Positions 47,154-55,952 of a stretch of 64,000 nucleotides of DNA are shown here, piece after piece. Position numbers and translations under genes: made by a program. The DNA is from Gemmatimonadaceae bacterium (GTDB lineage: Bacteria; Gemmatimonadota; Gemmatimonadetes; Gemmatimonadales; Gemmatimonadaceae): NCBI GenBank assembly GCA_051859245.1, contig JBHYGA010000001.1, positions 96,001 through 160,000 on the forward strand, given 5' to 3'. Within the stretch, counting starts at the first letter, position 1. Each line of letters begins with the position of its first letter. The notes beneath the pieces are model-generated. The model was not told where the DNA came from and ran no database searches. It worked only from the letters and a program-made list of their open reading frames with translations.

Positions 47154-47467
47154 GCGATCGGACCCGTTAAATCAGTGGAGCTTTCACGCACCAGCCAGGC
47201 CAGTGCGCCCGCAAAATCGAGTCGCAACACATCGCCCACCCCGTGGGAAATACCAACGCTCATGCTGTGCGGCGACGCCGGGTTTTCCGTGTGCAGCATA
47301 TCGCCATCAACGCGATAGCGCAGATCAATGACCTGATCGCGACCACCCACGTCCACGTGATAACAGAGCGTCCCGTCGGCGCGAAACTCCATTCGCACGC
47401 CGGGCGCGAAATCGAGTGTTGCGTCGGCGCGCATCAGTCGCCACGTCCCCAACAACCAGTCCGACAT
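47150..47467 (-). CDS. Hypothetical protein, lipocalin-like beta-barrel
   Basis: LLGTWRL...MEFRADG pattern; GGAGG upstream of ATG. Confidence 0.65.
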   Translation of the reverse strand: MSDWLLGTWRLMRADATLDFAPGVRMEFRADGTLCYHVDVGGRDQVIDLRYRVDGDMLHTENPASPHSMSVGISHGVGDVLRLDFAGALAWLVRESSTDLTGPIA

Positions 47468-47648
47468 GAACCCAACGTCCTCCGGATAACGTGCGCCGCG
47501 GCCAGCCCGCGGCGCTTGCCTGCAACCTCGGGAGTGACAGACGGCGTGGCAAGTCCCTGAGACGCGGTTGCGCGATACGAAATGGAGCGCCACCGGGGAG
47601 GGCGAGTGCCTGGGGATCCGACTCTGGCCCCGGATTCGTATATGTCTC

Positions 47649-48488
47649 ATGTCCAAGCTCTCGCCCTCCGTCGCGCGCAACGCGTTGCGCGTTGCGCGCC
47701 GCCTCCTGGTCGCGGCGCTCGCTGCTACCGCCTCGGCCAACGTGCTCCCAGCCCAGTCTACCGTGGACCACCGCGCCTTTGACGCGCTGTTGCGCGCGCA
47801 CGTGGTCAATGGCGCCGTTGACTACAACGCCTTCAAAGCGGCGCCCTCGTTCACCACGTACCTCGCATCGCTCGACGCCGTGAAACCGGCCGCGTTGAGT
47901 AACGATGAACGTCTGGCGTACTGGATCAATGTGTACAATGCCTTCACGATCAAGTTGATCGTGGACAAGGGTGAACGGCAGTCCATTCGTAACGTGAACA
48001 AGTCGTTCGGCCTGCTCAAACTCAAAGGCCCTTGGTCCGATCCGATTGTACGCGCCTCTGGCCGCGTCTTGACGCTCGATCAGGTTGAGCACGAAATCAT
48101 TCGCAAGGAGTTTGACGAACCGCGCATTCACTTTGCGCTGGTGTGCGCGGCTATCGGCTGTCCACCACTGCGCAGCGAAGCGTACACGGCGACTCGGCTT
48201 GAGTCGCAGCTTGCGGAGCAGGCGCAGCGATTCATTCGCGAGTCGCCCGAAAAGAATCGTGTTGACGTGCCCTCGCGCACCGTGTTCGTGAGCATGGTGT
48301 TTACGTGGTATCGCGACGACTTCGGCGGGACCGACAAGGCGATTGGTCAATACCTGTCCGACTGGTATCCAGCAGGTCCGGAGCGCGAGCTGCTGCGCAG
48401 CGGCCGGTTTACGCTCAAGCAGACGAACTACGACTGGACGCTGAACAGCATTGAGCACATGCGTCCGCGCGCGGTGAGCCGGCCGTGA
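47649..48488 (+). CDS. DUF547 domain protein, secreted
   Basis: VDY, LAYWINVYNA, TLDQVEH, EPRIHFALVCAAIGCPPL, YDWTLN. Confidence 0.9.
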   Translation: MSKLSPSVARNALRVARRLLVAALAATASANVLPAQSTVDHRAFDALLRAHVVNGAVDYNAFKAAPSFTTYLASLDAVKPAALSNDERLAYWINVYNAFTIKLIVDKGERQSIRNVNKSFGLLKLKGPWSDPIVRASGRVLTLDQVEHEIIRKEFDEPRIHFALVCAAIGCPPLRSEAYTATRLESQLAEQAQRFIRESPEKNRVDVPSRTVFVSMVFTWYRDDFGGTDKAIGQYLSDWYPAGPERELLRSGRFTLKQTNYDWTLNSIEHMRPRAVSRP

Positions 48489-49945
48489 GGGGTGACGTGG
48501 TGACGAGCAAAGCCGCGGTCACACGCCGAGCGTGGCGCGAGCTGGTGCAGGTGGTGCGCAAGCCGGTGCGTGACGAATCGCGTGCGCTGCTCGCTGCGAA
48601 CTGGCAACGCCTGCCCGACGAACTCAAAACGCCGCGGCAGATGCTTGGGCGACAGGGAAACGGCTGCGGTGCAACCATCGGTGCCATGCCGCGCTGCGAT
48701 TTTGCGTGCCGAGGCTGCTACCTCGGCGACGGCGCCAATCGTGTGCCGGCGGCTGATCTCGAGGAACTCAAGGCACAGATGCGCGCGCTGCGCCCAGTGC
48801 TTGGCCCGGCCGGAAACCTGCAGCTCACCGACGGTGAAGTCACGCTGCGTGATACGGACGAGGTGATCGAGCTGTTGCGTTATGCACGCTCGCTCGAACT
48901 CATTCCTATGCTCATGACGCACGGCGATTCGTTTCGTCGGCGGCCGGGGCTTTTGGAACGGCTCATTGTTGAAGGTGGGCTGCGCGAAATCAGCATTCAC
49001 GTGGACACCACGCAGCGTGGCCGCAAAGGCGCCGAGTGGTCGCGCGCGGAACGCGAGGACTCGCTCAATCCGTTGCGTGATGAGTTTGCCGCCATGCTTC
49101 GTGATGTGATCGCGCGGACTGGCATTCGCGTGCGCTCGGCCACCACCATGACGGTTACACGCGACAACCTCGACGGCGTGCCGGATGTGATTCGATGGCT
49201 GCTGCGCAACGCGGATGTGTTTCACCTGATCAGCTTTCAGCCGATTGCGCAGGTTGGTCGCACCGAAGATGGCTTTGGTGGTGGTGTGACCGCTGATGCG
49301 CTGTGGGAGCGCATTGCCAAGGGCATGGCGAGCGATGACGAACGACTGCAGCGTGGCGCCAAATGGCTCGGCCACCCGGCATGCAACCGGTTTGTGCACG
49401 GCTTTGTGTACGCCGAGCGAGGATCACAGCCGCAGTACTACCCCATTCGTGATGACGCGGACCCAACTGACCGCGAGATTGTTGACGGGTTCCTGGCGCG
49501 CTTTGGCGGGATCTCGTTTCGTGCTGACGATCATGTCGCAACACGTGTCGCACGCATGCTTGGCGTTGCGCGATCAGCGCCGGGCTTTCTGGCGCGCGCC
49601 GTTCCCCGATTTGCCGTGCACTGGCTCAAACGGTTTGGTCAGGGCAACGCGTGGCGCGCACTCGGGTCGCTCGCGCGCGGCCGTGCGAGCGTGCAGGGGC
49701 TCGCGATTGTAAGTCACCATTTCATGAGCGCTGCCGAACTGGAGACGCCACTGGGACAGGAACGATTGTCCCAGTGTGTGTTTCACCTGTCGGTGAACGG
49801 CGAGTTGCGGAGTATGTGTGAAGTGAACGCGCTCGGCATTCGTGAGCAGTACTATGCGCAGCTCTCGCGTGGGTCCCGCGGCGGCACGTTCACAGACATC
49901 ACCCGTGCCGCGGTCACGCCGACTACGGCGCCTGCCATGTTGTAG
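48485..49945 (+). CDS. Radical SAM protein (distant Tes/MJ0619-like motifs)
   Basis: CDFACRGC; LQLTDGE; ISFQP; HPAC; HHFM; RLSQCVFH; SMCEVN; GTGA overlap with DUF547. Confidence 0.87.
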   Translation: MRGDVVTSKAAVTRRAWRELVQVVRKPVRDESRALLAANWQRLPDELKTPRQMLGRQGNGCGATIGAMPRCDFACRGCYLGDGANRVPAADLEELKAQMRALRPVLGPAGNLQLTDGEVTLRDTDEVIELLRYARSLELIPMLMTHGDSFRRRPGLLERLIVEGGLREISIHVDTTQRGRKGAEWSRAEREDSLNPLRDEFAAMLRDVIARTGIRVRSATTMTVTRDNLDGVPDVIRWLLRNADVFHLISFQPIAQVGRTEDGFGGGVTADALWERIAKGMASDDERLQRGAKWLGHPACNRFVHGFVYAERGSQPQYYPIRDDADPTDREIVDGFLARFGGISFRADDHVATRVARMLGVARSAPGFLARAVPRFAVHWLKRFGQGNAWRALGSLARGRASVQGLAIVSHHFMSAAELETPLGQERLSQCVFHLSVNGELRSMCEVNALGIREQYYAQLSRGSRGGTFTDITRAAVTPTTAPAML

Positions 49946-51479
49946 GACTGCTCGCCACACCAGACGCACTGAGCGCGTGGACCACGATCACACGAACCGG
50001 CTGTCCGTTGCTGTCACCGGGAACGCTCACGCCACTGAGTGCGGAACGCACCACGCGCGAACGCCAGCGTGTCCCATCGCGCCAACGCACGAGCCACCAG
50101 CGGGCGCGGCCGCCAACGTCTGGTGCAATGGAAATCTGTCGAGTCCCAGAGGCACTCGACGTTGATGCCACGGTAAAGGTTGGTGCTGCGGGAACCGCAG
50201 CATCGAGCCACGGTGAGGCAGGTACCACGGCGTCATTCACGTTCACGCTGCTCTCGAGCAACGATGAAAGCCCACCGCGGTTCTGCATTACCGACGTCGT
50301 GTTGTACAGAATCGTACCCGTTGGCCCACCGCTGGCGTTGGCGCGTTGACGGGTGGCGTTCACCTGTCCCTGGATCTCCGTTGCCGCGTACGCCGATGAT
50401 GAACCGTCGGCCACACGATAGGACGCCAGCCCTGGCCAGAGATGACGCTGCTGCGTGTTCTGTTGCGTCCACCAGTCAAGCAGGGCCGTGAAGTTCTGCC
50501 CCGTTGAGCTGAGTGCCCAGTACAGCTGCGGTGAGAGGTAGTCGATCCAACCACGGTTCAACCAGAGGCGTGAATCGGCAAAGATTGAGCCGTACGCATC
50601 GAGGCCCACAATGCCAGGCGGAGTGCCGGGCCGCCAGATGCCAAACGGACTGATGCCCACTTTGACGGTGGGATCAACCTGTCGCACTTCCTGCTGCAGC
50701 TGTTGCACAAAACGGTTCACGTTGTCACGACGCCAGTCGTCTCGTGACATCGTGCCACCACCGGCCACAAATCGCGCGTACCCGGCGCTGTCGGGAAACT
50801 GCAAACCGGCGCAGCGCGAATCCGGGTACGGATAGAAAAAGTCGTCGAGATGCACCGCGTCGATATCGTAGCGTTGCACTACATCACGAATCACGCGATA
50901 TGTGTGCGCGTGCACTTCAGGTTCACCCGGGTCGAACCAGCGTTGCGTGCAGTACGGACGCGTTAAATCGGGACGCTGTCTGGCGTAGTGGTTGGACGCG
51001 AGCGACAGCGAGTCGGACAGGTTGCCTACACGAAACGGATTGAACCAGGCGTGCAGTTCAATGCCGCGCGCGTGCGCTTGCTCTACCGCGAAGGTGAGCG
51101 GATCCCAGCCGGGTGCAACGCCTTGTGTCCCACTGAGCGATCGACTCCACGGTTCAATATTCGATGCGTACATCGCATCGCCGGACGCGCGGACCTGCAG
51201 GATCACAGCGTTCAGCTTGAGCAGCTGCGCACGATCGAGGATGGCAATCAGCTCGCTCTGTTGCGCGGCGGTACTCAGCCCGGAGCGTGACGGCCAGTCG
51301 ATGTTGGCCACGGTGGCGATCCACAGGCCACGAAACTCGCGATCAATGGCCGGTACCACCACCGTTTCTCCGCCGCCGCCGCCCGGCGGTTCTGGCGCGA
51401 TCGGTGTGGTGGTGGAGTCACTGCAAGCGGCGAGCAGTAGCATGCTCGCGGCGGCCGCGAGCCAACGCGTGTATGTCAC
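49923..51479 (-). CDS. GHL10 (YddW/DigH-like) glycoside hydrolase lipoprotein
   Basis: EFRGLWIATVANIDWPS, HAWFNPFR, HLDDFFYPY, GISPFGIW, PQLYW; lipobox LAAC; GTG start at 51479. Confidence 0.92.
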   Translation of the reverse strand: MTYTRWLAAAASMLLLAACSDSTTTPIAPEPPGGGGGETVVVPAIDREFRGLWIATVANIDWPSRSGLSTAAQQSELIAILDRAQLLKLNAVILQVRASGDAMYASNIEPWSRSLSGTQGVAPGWDPLTFAVEQAHARGIELHAWFNPFRVGNLSDSLSLASNHYARQRPDLTRPYCTQRWFDPGEPEVHAHTYRVIRDVVQRYDIDAVHLDDFFYPYPDSRCAGLQFPDSAGYARFVAGGGTMSRDDWRRDNVNRFVQQLQQEVRQVDPTVKVGISPFGIWRPGTPPGIVGLDAYGSIFADSRLWLNRGWIDYLSPQLYWALSSTGQNFTALLDWWTQQNTQQRHLWPGLASYRVADGSSSAYAATEIQGQVNATRQRANASGGPTGTILYNTTSVMQNRGGLSSLLESSVNVNDAVVPASPWLDAAVPAAPTFTVASTSSASGTRQISIAPDVGGRARWWLVRWRDGTRWRSRVVRSALSGVSVPGDSNGQPVRVIVVHALSASGVASSPTTWQAP

Positions 51480-52645
51480 TCTTTTGGGTCTGAAGTTTGA
51501 TGCTCGGCCACGGCTGCGAAGGTCTGTGTGCGGAGAAATCCAGCCGGAACCGTGGGCAACCAATCGCTGAATGCATCGCCGTAAATGTGCCAAACGGTCA
51601 CGAACAGCGCGGCAATGATTGGTCCAACAATAAAACCGAGCGCACCGAATACCGAAATACCGCCAAGTGTGCTGATCAGGATGAGCAAGTCGGACATGCG
51701 TGCGTCGCGGCCAATGAGACGTGGACGCAGGAAGTTGTCAACGGTGCTCACCACCACGGCACACCACACCAAGAGCCCGACGGCATTGCTCGTCTCACCG
51801 GTGGCGAACAGGAAAATCACGGCCGGTACCCACACAAACGCGGCGCCAATCGCCGGAATAATCGACAGCACCACCATCACCGTACCCCAGAACGCGGGAG
51901 CGGGAACACCGCACACCCAGAACGCGAGGCCGGCGAGCGTGCCCTGCAACACACCGATCAACAACGAACCCTTGAGTGTCGCGCGCGTGACGGAAATGAA
52001 ACGCTCCAGCAGCTGCGCCTCATCGTCGGCGTCGAGCGGGATGTAATACAAAATCTGCCGCAGAATGCCCTGTCCATCCACGAGAAAGAAGAACATCGCG
52101 TACAGGCAGACAAAGAGTTGCAGCAGAAACGTGAGCGTGCCTTTGCCAACCGCTGCTGCCTGACCGGCAACAATTGGCCCCGCACGCGAGGCGAGCTCTG
52201 AGAGTTGCGTGACGAGCTCATCGCCTTGCGGAATCAGTCGAGACACCAGCGGAATGCGCGCCAGCGTTTCCTCCAGCTGCTTCATGCGGTCCGGGCCACT
52301 CTTGAGCCACTCCTGCACCGACTGACTGAGCGAAACGGACTCGGAAACAACCAGCGCCAGGAACGCTGTGAGTGGAACGACGACACCCAACAGGAGCGAC
52401 AGGATGGTAACGGTGGAGGCGAGGTTCTGCCGCCCACCGAATGCCGCGCGCAGCCGACGATAAAACGGATACGACATACCGGCGAAGATCGCGGCGAGCA
52501 ACACCGCGACCATGAACCCGGCGACCATCTTCACAAACAGCACCGAGATGCCAGCCACCAGCAGCAAGAGTGCGGTGCGTTGAAACCGCATTGCTGGATC
52601 GCGCGGGCTTGATGTCAGGCTTTCTGATCGCGGAAAGTCCGTCAT
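51476..52645 (-). CDS. AI-2E family transporter
   Basis: FFFLVDG, DNFLRPRLIG, GFIVGP; multi-TM; overlaps both neighbours. Confidence 0.92.
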   Translation of the reverse strand: MTDFPRSESLTSSPRDPAMRFQRTALLLLVAGISVLFVKMVAGFMVAVLLAAIFAGMSYPFYRRLRAAFGGRQNLASTVTILSLLLGVVVPLTAFLALVVSESVSLSQSVQEWLKSGPDRMKQLEETLARIPLVSRLIPQGDELVTQLSELASRAGPIVAGQAAAVGKGTLTFLLQLFVCLYAMFFFLVDGQGILRQILYYIPLDADDEAQLLERFISVTRATLKGSLLIGVLQGTLAGLAFWVCGVPAPAFWGTVMVVLSIIPAIGAAFVWVPAVIFLFATGETSNAVGLLVWCAVVVSTVDNFLRPRLIGRDARMSDLLILISTLGGISVFGALGFIVGPIIAALFVTVWHIYGDAFSDWLPTVPAGFLRTQTFAAVAEHQTSDPKE

Positions 52646-53541
52646 ACGGTGCACACCGCGACCGCTTCACGAAGTGACGTGAGTGCATCCCGACGCGGCA
52701 TGAACTCATGCGCGACAAAACCGGTAAAGCCGGTGTCTGCGATCACGGCCGCGATGCGTGGATAGTTCAGTTCCTGCATGGAGTCGATTTCGTTGCGGCC
52801 GGGAACGCCTGCCGTGTGGTAGTGCGCGATCATGTCGGCGTACTTGCGAATCGTGGCAATCACGTCGCCTTCCATGACTTGCATGTGATAGACGTCGTAC
52901 AGTAATCGAAACCGTGGCGAGTTTACGCCCCGAACCACCTCGGCCGCCCAGGCGGTGTGATCGGCGTGGTAGTCTTTGTGATCTACCTTACTGTTGAGCA
53001 TCTCTATGCACAGCGTGACGCCATGTTGTTCGGCGAGCGGCATCAATCGTTTGAGGCCGGTCACACAGTTGGCGATACCCTCGCCGTCGCTGAGTCCGGC
53101 ACGGTTGCCGCTGAACACCACAATGCGCTCGACGCCGGCCGCCGCCGCCTTGGGAATCATGGCGCTGCCGGCTGCCACCAACTCGTCGTGATGGTCGGGT
53201 CGATTGAATCCCTTGGGAATTGTGCCGAAGCTGTTGCCGATCGCGCACTGCAGGCCGTGCTCTGCAGGTACACGCCAGTCTTTTTCGTCGAGCAAATCCA
53301 CACCGGCAAGGCCCATCGCTTTTCCTGCCGCACACAGCTCGGCGAGTGGAATGCGCGGAAAACACCAGCGTGCTACTGACTGCCGGAGGCGGCCCGCAGG
53401 CAGTGCGCCGACGGTCGTGGCATTTGATTCTGCGCTGGTTGCGTGCGTCAACGCACGCGCGGCGACGTCGCGCGGCGCGAGCACACCACCGAGTGCCACG
53501 GTGCTCAACGCGGCCAGCGTTTCTCTGCGTGACGGACTCAT
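52642..53541 (-). CDS. Tat-exported hydroxypyruvate-isomerase-like TIM barrel protein
   Basis: SRRETL leader; EMLNSK, LYDVYHMQ, HYHTAGVPGRNE, HEF. Confidence 0.88.
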   Translation of the reverse strand: MSPSRRETLAALSTVALGGVLAPRDVAARALTHATSAESNATTVGALPAGRLRQSVARWCFPRIPLAELCAAGKAMGLAGVDLLDEKDWRVPAEHGLQCAIGNSFGTIPKGFNRPDHHDELVAAGSAMIPKAAAAGVERIVVFSGNRAGLSDGEGIANCVTGLKRLMPLAEQHGVTLCIEMLNSKVDHKDYHADHTAWAAEVVRGVNSPRFRLLYDVYHMQVMEGDVIATIRKYADMIAHYHTAGVPGRNEIDSMQELNYPRIAAVIADTGFTGFVAHEFMPRRDALTSLREAVAVCTV

Positions 53542-55232
53542 AACTCGCGCCGATTGAGGAGATCAACCGCACGCGCCGATGCACGAGCAGTGAGCGCCAT
53601 GTAGGTGATGGATGGATTTTGGCATGCAGAACTCGTCATGCACGCACCGTCGGTGATGAACAGGTTGGGCACGTCCCACGACTGATTCCACGCGTTCAGT
53701 ACAGAATCGCGTGCGCTGCGCCCCATGCGTGCGCCGCCCATTTCGTGAATGCAATGCCCGGGCGGACGAATTGAGCCGTAAGGTCGCACATTTGTAGCGC
53801 CGGCGGCTTCGAGCGTCTCAACACCAGCGGCCATGATGTCTTTTTGCATCGCCCGTTCATTGTCACCCCACCGCACACTGATGCGCGCGGCGGGAATGCC
53901 CCACGCGTCTTTCACCGTGTCGTCGAGTGCAATGTGATTGCTGGCCACGGGGAGCGTTTCGCCCCAACCGCCAATGTTGATTGTCCACGGACCGAGCTCG
54001 TCGATCAGCTGATCCTTGAACTGTGCGCCGTAGCCCGGCATGCTGCCGCCGCGATTCCACCCGGAACGCCCGGATCCGCCTTGCATGCCATATCCGCGCA
54101 CGAAATCCGGATGCGCGCTGTTCACATTGCGAAAGCGCGCCAGATAAATGCCGTTCGGGCGTCGGCCAGCCGTGCGTTTGTCGAGATGGCCAGGCATCAC
54201 GCCCGACGCGCCGGACCCATAGTGATGATCCATCACGTATTGGCCGAGTGTACCGCTGCTGTTGCCCAGTCCGTTGGGGTGCTGTGACGAGGTGGAGTTG
54301 AGCAGCAGCCGCACCGATTCGATCGTGGACGCACACAGAAATACAATGCGCGCGTCGTACACACTCTCCTGCCTGGTCTGTGCATCGATCACACGCACGC
54401 CGCGCGCACGACCCGTTTGCTGATTGATCAGCACTTCGGCGACCACACTGTGCGGGCGCAGCGTCATCCGTCCTGTTGCCTGTGCGGCTGGCAATGTGGA
54501 ACCGATGCTGTTGAAGTACGAATGTGTCACACACCCGCGTTCACAGGGACCGCAGTAGTGGCAGGCGGCGCGGCCATTGTGGTCCTTCGTGAGAATGGCC
54601 GCGCGTCCGATCGTCAATACACGCTCGCGGCCGAACCTGCGCGCAATATTTGCGCGCGCTTCGAGTTCGACGACGGTCATGTCCATGGGCGGCAGAAACT
54701 CGCCGTCGGGAAGTTGCGCCAAGCCTTCCTTCGCACCAGTCACACCAATGAAGCGCTCGACATGCGAATACCACGGCGCGATGTCGCTGTAGCGAATGGG
54801 CCAGTCAATGCCGTGTCCGTCACGCGCGTTCGCTTCAAAGTCGAGGTCGCTCCACCGGTACACCTGTCGACCCCACATAATCGAGCGTCCTCCCACCTGC
54901 CGACCACGAAACCATTTGAACGGCGCGTCTTCGGGATTGGTGTACGGATTCTCGTTGTCATTGACGAAAAACTTCGAGCCCACTTCATCACACGCGTAAC
55001 ACTCGCGCTGCACCGGCTGATCGCGTTCCAGCGTTTTGCGATCACCCCAGCCGCGAAACTTCATGTCGTACGGCTGCACGTGCTCGACAAAATCTTTGGA
55101 CGGATCGATCGGGCCGCCGGCCTCGAGCACCAGTGTGCGCAAACCACGCTCCGTGAGTTCCTTGGCCGCCCAGCCACCGCTGATGCCGGAGCCCACAACA
55201 ATCGCGTCGTACTGCTGACGTGTGTCAGACAT
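53538..55232 (-). CDS. GMC family oxidoreductase (glycoside 3-dehydrogenase-like large subunit)
   Basis: GSGISGGWAAKEL, VGGRSIMWGR, CHYCGPCERGC Fe-S motif, HEMGGARMG, NPSITYMALT. Confidence 0.92.
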   Translation of the reverse strand: MSDTRQQYDAIVVGSGISGGWAAKELTERGLRTLVLEAGGPIDPSKDFVEHVQPYDMKFRGWGDRKTLERDQPVQRECYACDEVGSKFFVNDNENPYTNPEDAPFKWFRGRQVGGRSIMWGRQVYRWSDLDFEANARDGHGIDWPIRYSDIAPWYSHVERFIGVTGAKEGLAQLPDGEFLPPMDMTVVELEARANIARRFGRERVLTIGRAAILTKDHNGRAACHYCGPCERGCVTHSYFNSIGSTLPAAQATGRMTLRPHSVVAEVLINQQTGRARGVRVIDAQTRQESVYDARIVFLCASTIESVRLLLNSTSSQHPNGLGNSSGTLGQYVMDHHYGSGASGVMPGHLDKRTAGRRPNGIYLARFRNVNSAHPDFVRGYGMQGGSGRSGWNRGGSMPGYGAQFKDQLIDELGPWTINIGGWGETLPVASNHIALDDTVKDAWGIPAARISVRWGDNERAMQKDIMAAGVETLEAAGATNVRPYGSIRPPGHCIHEMGGARMGRSARDSVLNAWNQSWDVPNLFITDGACMTSSACQNPSITYMALTARASARAVDLLNRREL

Positions 55233-55797
55233 CAGCGCCTCCGTTGCGCACTCGGCGCTCAAGCGGTGCGCTGCCATCAAAACGCCCTGGTGTCACGTTC
55301 ACGCGCAAGACATCGCGTTGCACTGGTAAGCTTGTAAAGTAGCCGTGCACGACGAGCCCCTTGAGGCGCGTGTATCCACGCACCGCTGGATCGTTGCGGT
55401 CCGATGGTTGTTCGAGTGCGGTCATCACAGGCACACGTTGGTCACTGGTGAGCGTGGCAAACGGTGCACCGGCGAGGCGCGTTGACAGCGAATCAATCGC
55501 GGCGAGTCCTGCGGTGAACGCCGCACGTTCCGTGTCAGTGTAATAGTCCGCGACAATGACATCGATGAATGCCGGTACCTCCACATCCGTTGCACTCGGC
55601 GTGTCCGTGCGCGGAATGATGGTATCGGCGAGTGCGTTGATCAGCGCCTGCTGCGCGCTCGGCGCGTGGTCCAACGGTGAGAGATCGTCGCGCGCGTAGA
55701 TGCGCGTCCAGATGAGCTCGGTGGGATCGCCAGTGCCTGGAAACACCGCGAGTGCGGCGACAGAGGTGGCGGCGCGAAGCAGGTCACGGCGGTGCAT
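55225..55797 (-). CDS. Gluconate 2-dehydrogenase subunit 3 family protein (Tat carrier)
   Basis: HRRDLL leader; IIPRTDTPSA, GYFTS. Confidence 0.88.
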   Translation of the reverse strand: MHRRDLLRAATSVAALAVFPGTGDPTELIWTRIYARDDLSPLDHAPSAQQALINALADTIIPRTDTPSATDVEVPAFIDVIVADYYTDTERAAFTAGLAAIDSLSTRLAGAPFATLTSDQRVPVMTALEQPSDRNDPAVRGYTRLKGLVVHGYFTSLPVQRDVLRVNVTPGRFDGSAPLERRVRNGGADV

Positions 55798-55952
55798 GGC
55801 GGCGTGGCAGGAGGGCGGGGAACTTCACTGCCGGATCGTAACGCGCCTTGCACATCATACGGAAGAGGGTACCGCATGCAGAACGGCGTCGATGTGCACG
55901 ATGGCACATCGACGCCGCTCTCACTACGCGAGCCAATACTACGAACGCGTGA

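Noticed and set aside
47649..49945. Arsenosugar (ArsS-type) biosynthesis because of DUF547 plus radical SAM
   Set aside because: No methyltransferase, glycosyltransferases or ars genes adjacent, and the motifs I can see do not support an ArsS assignment.
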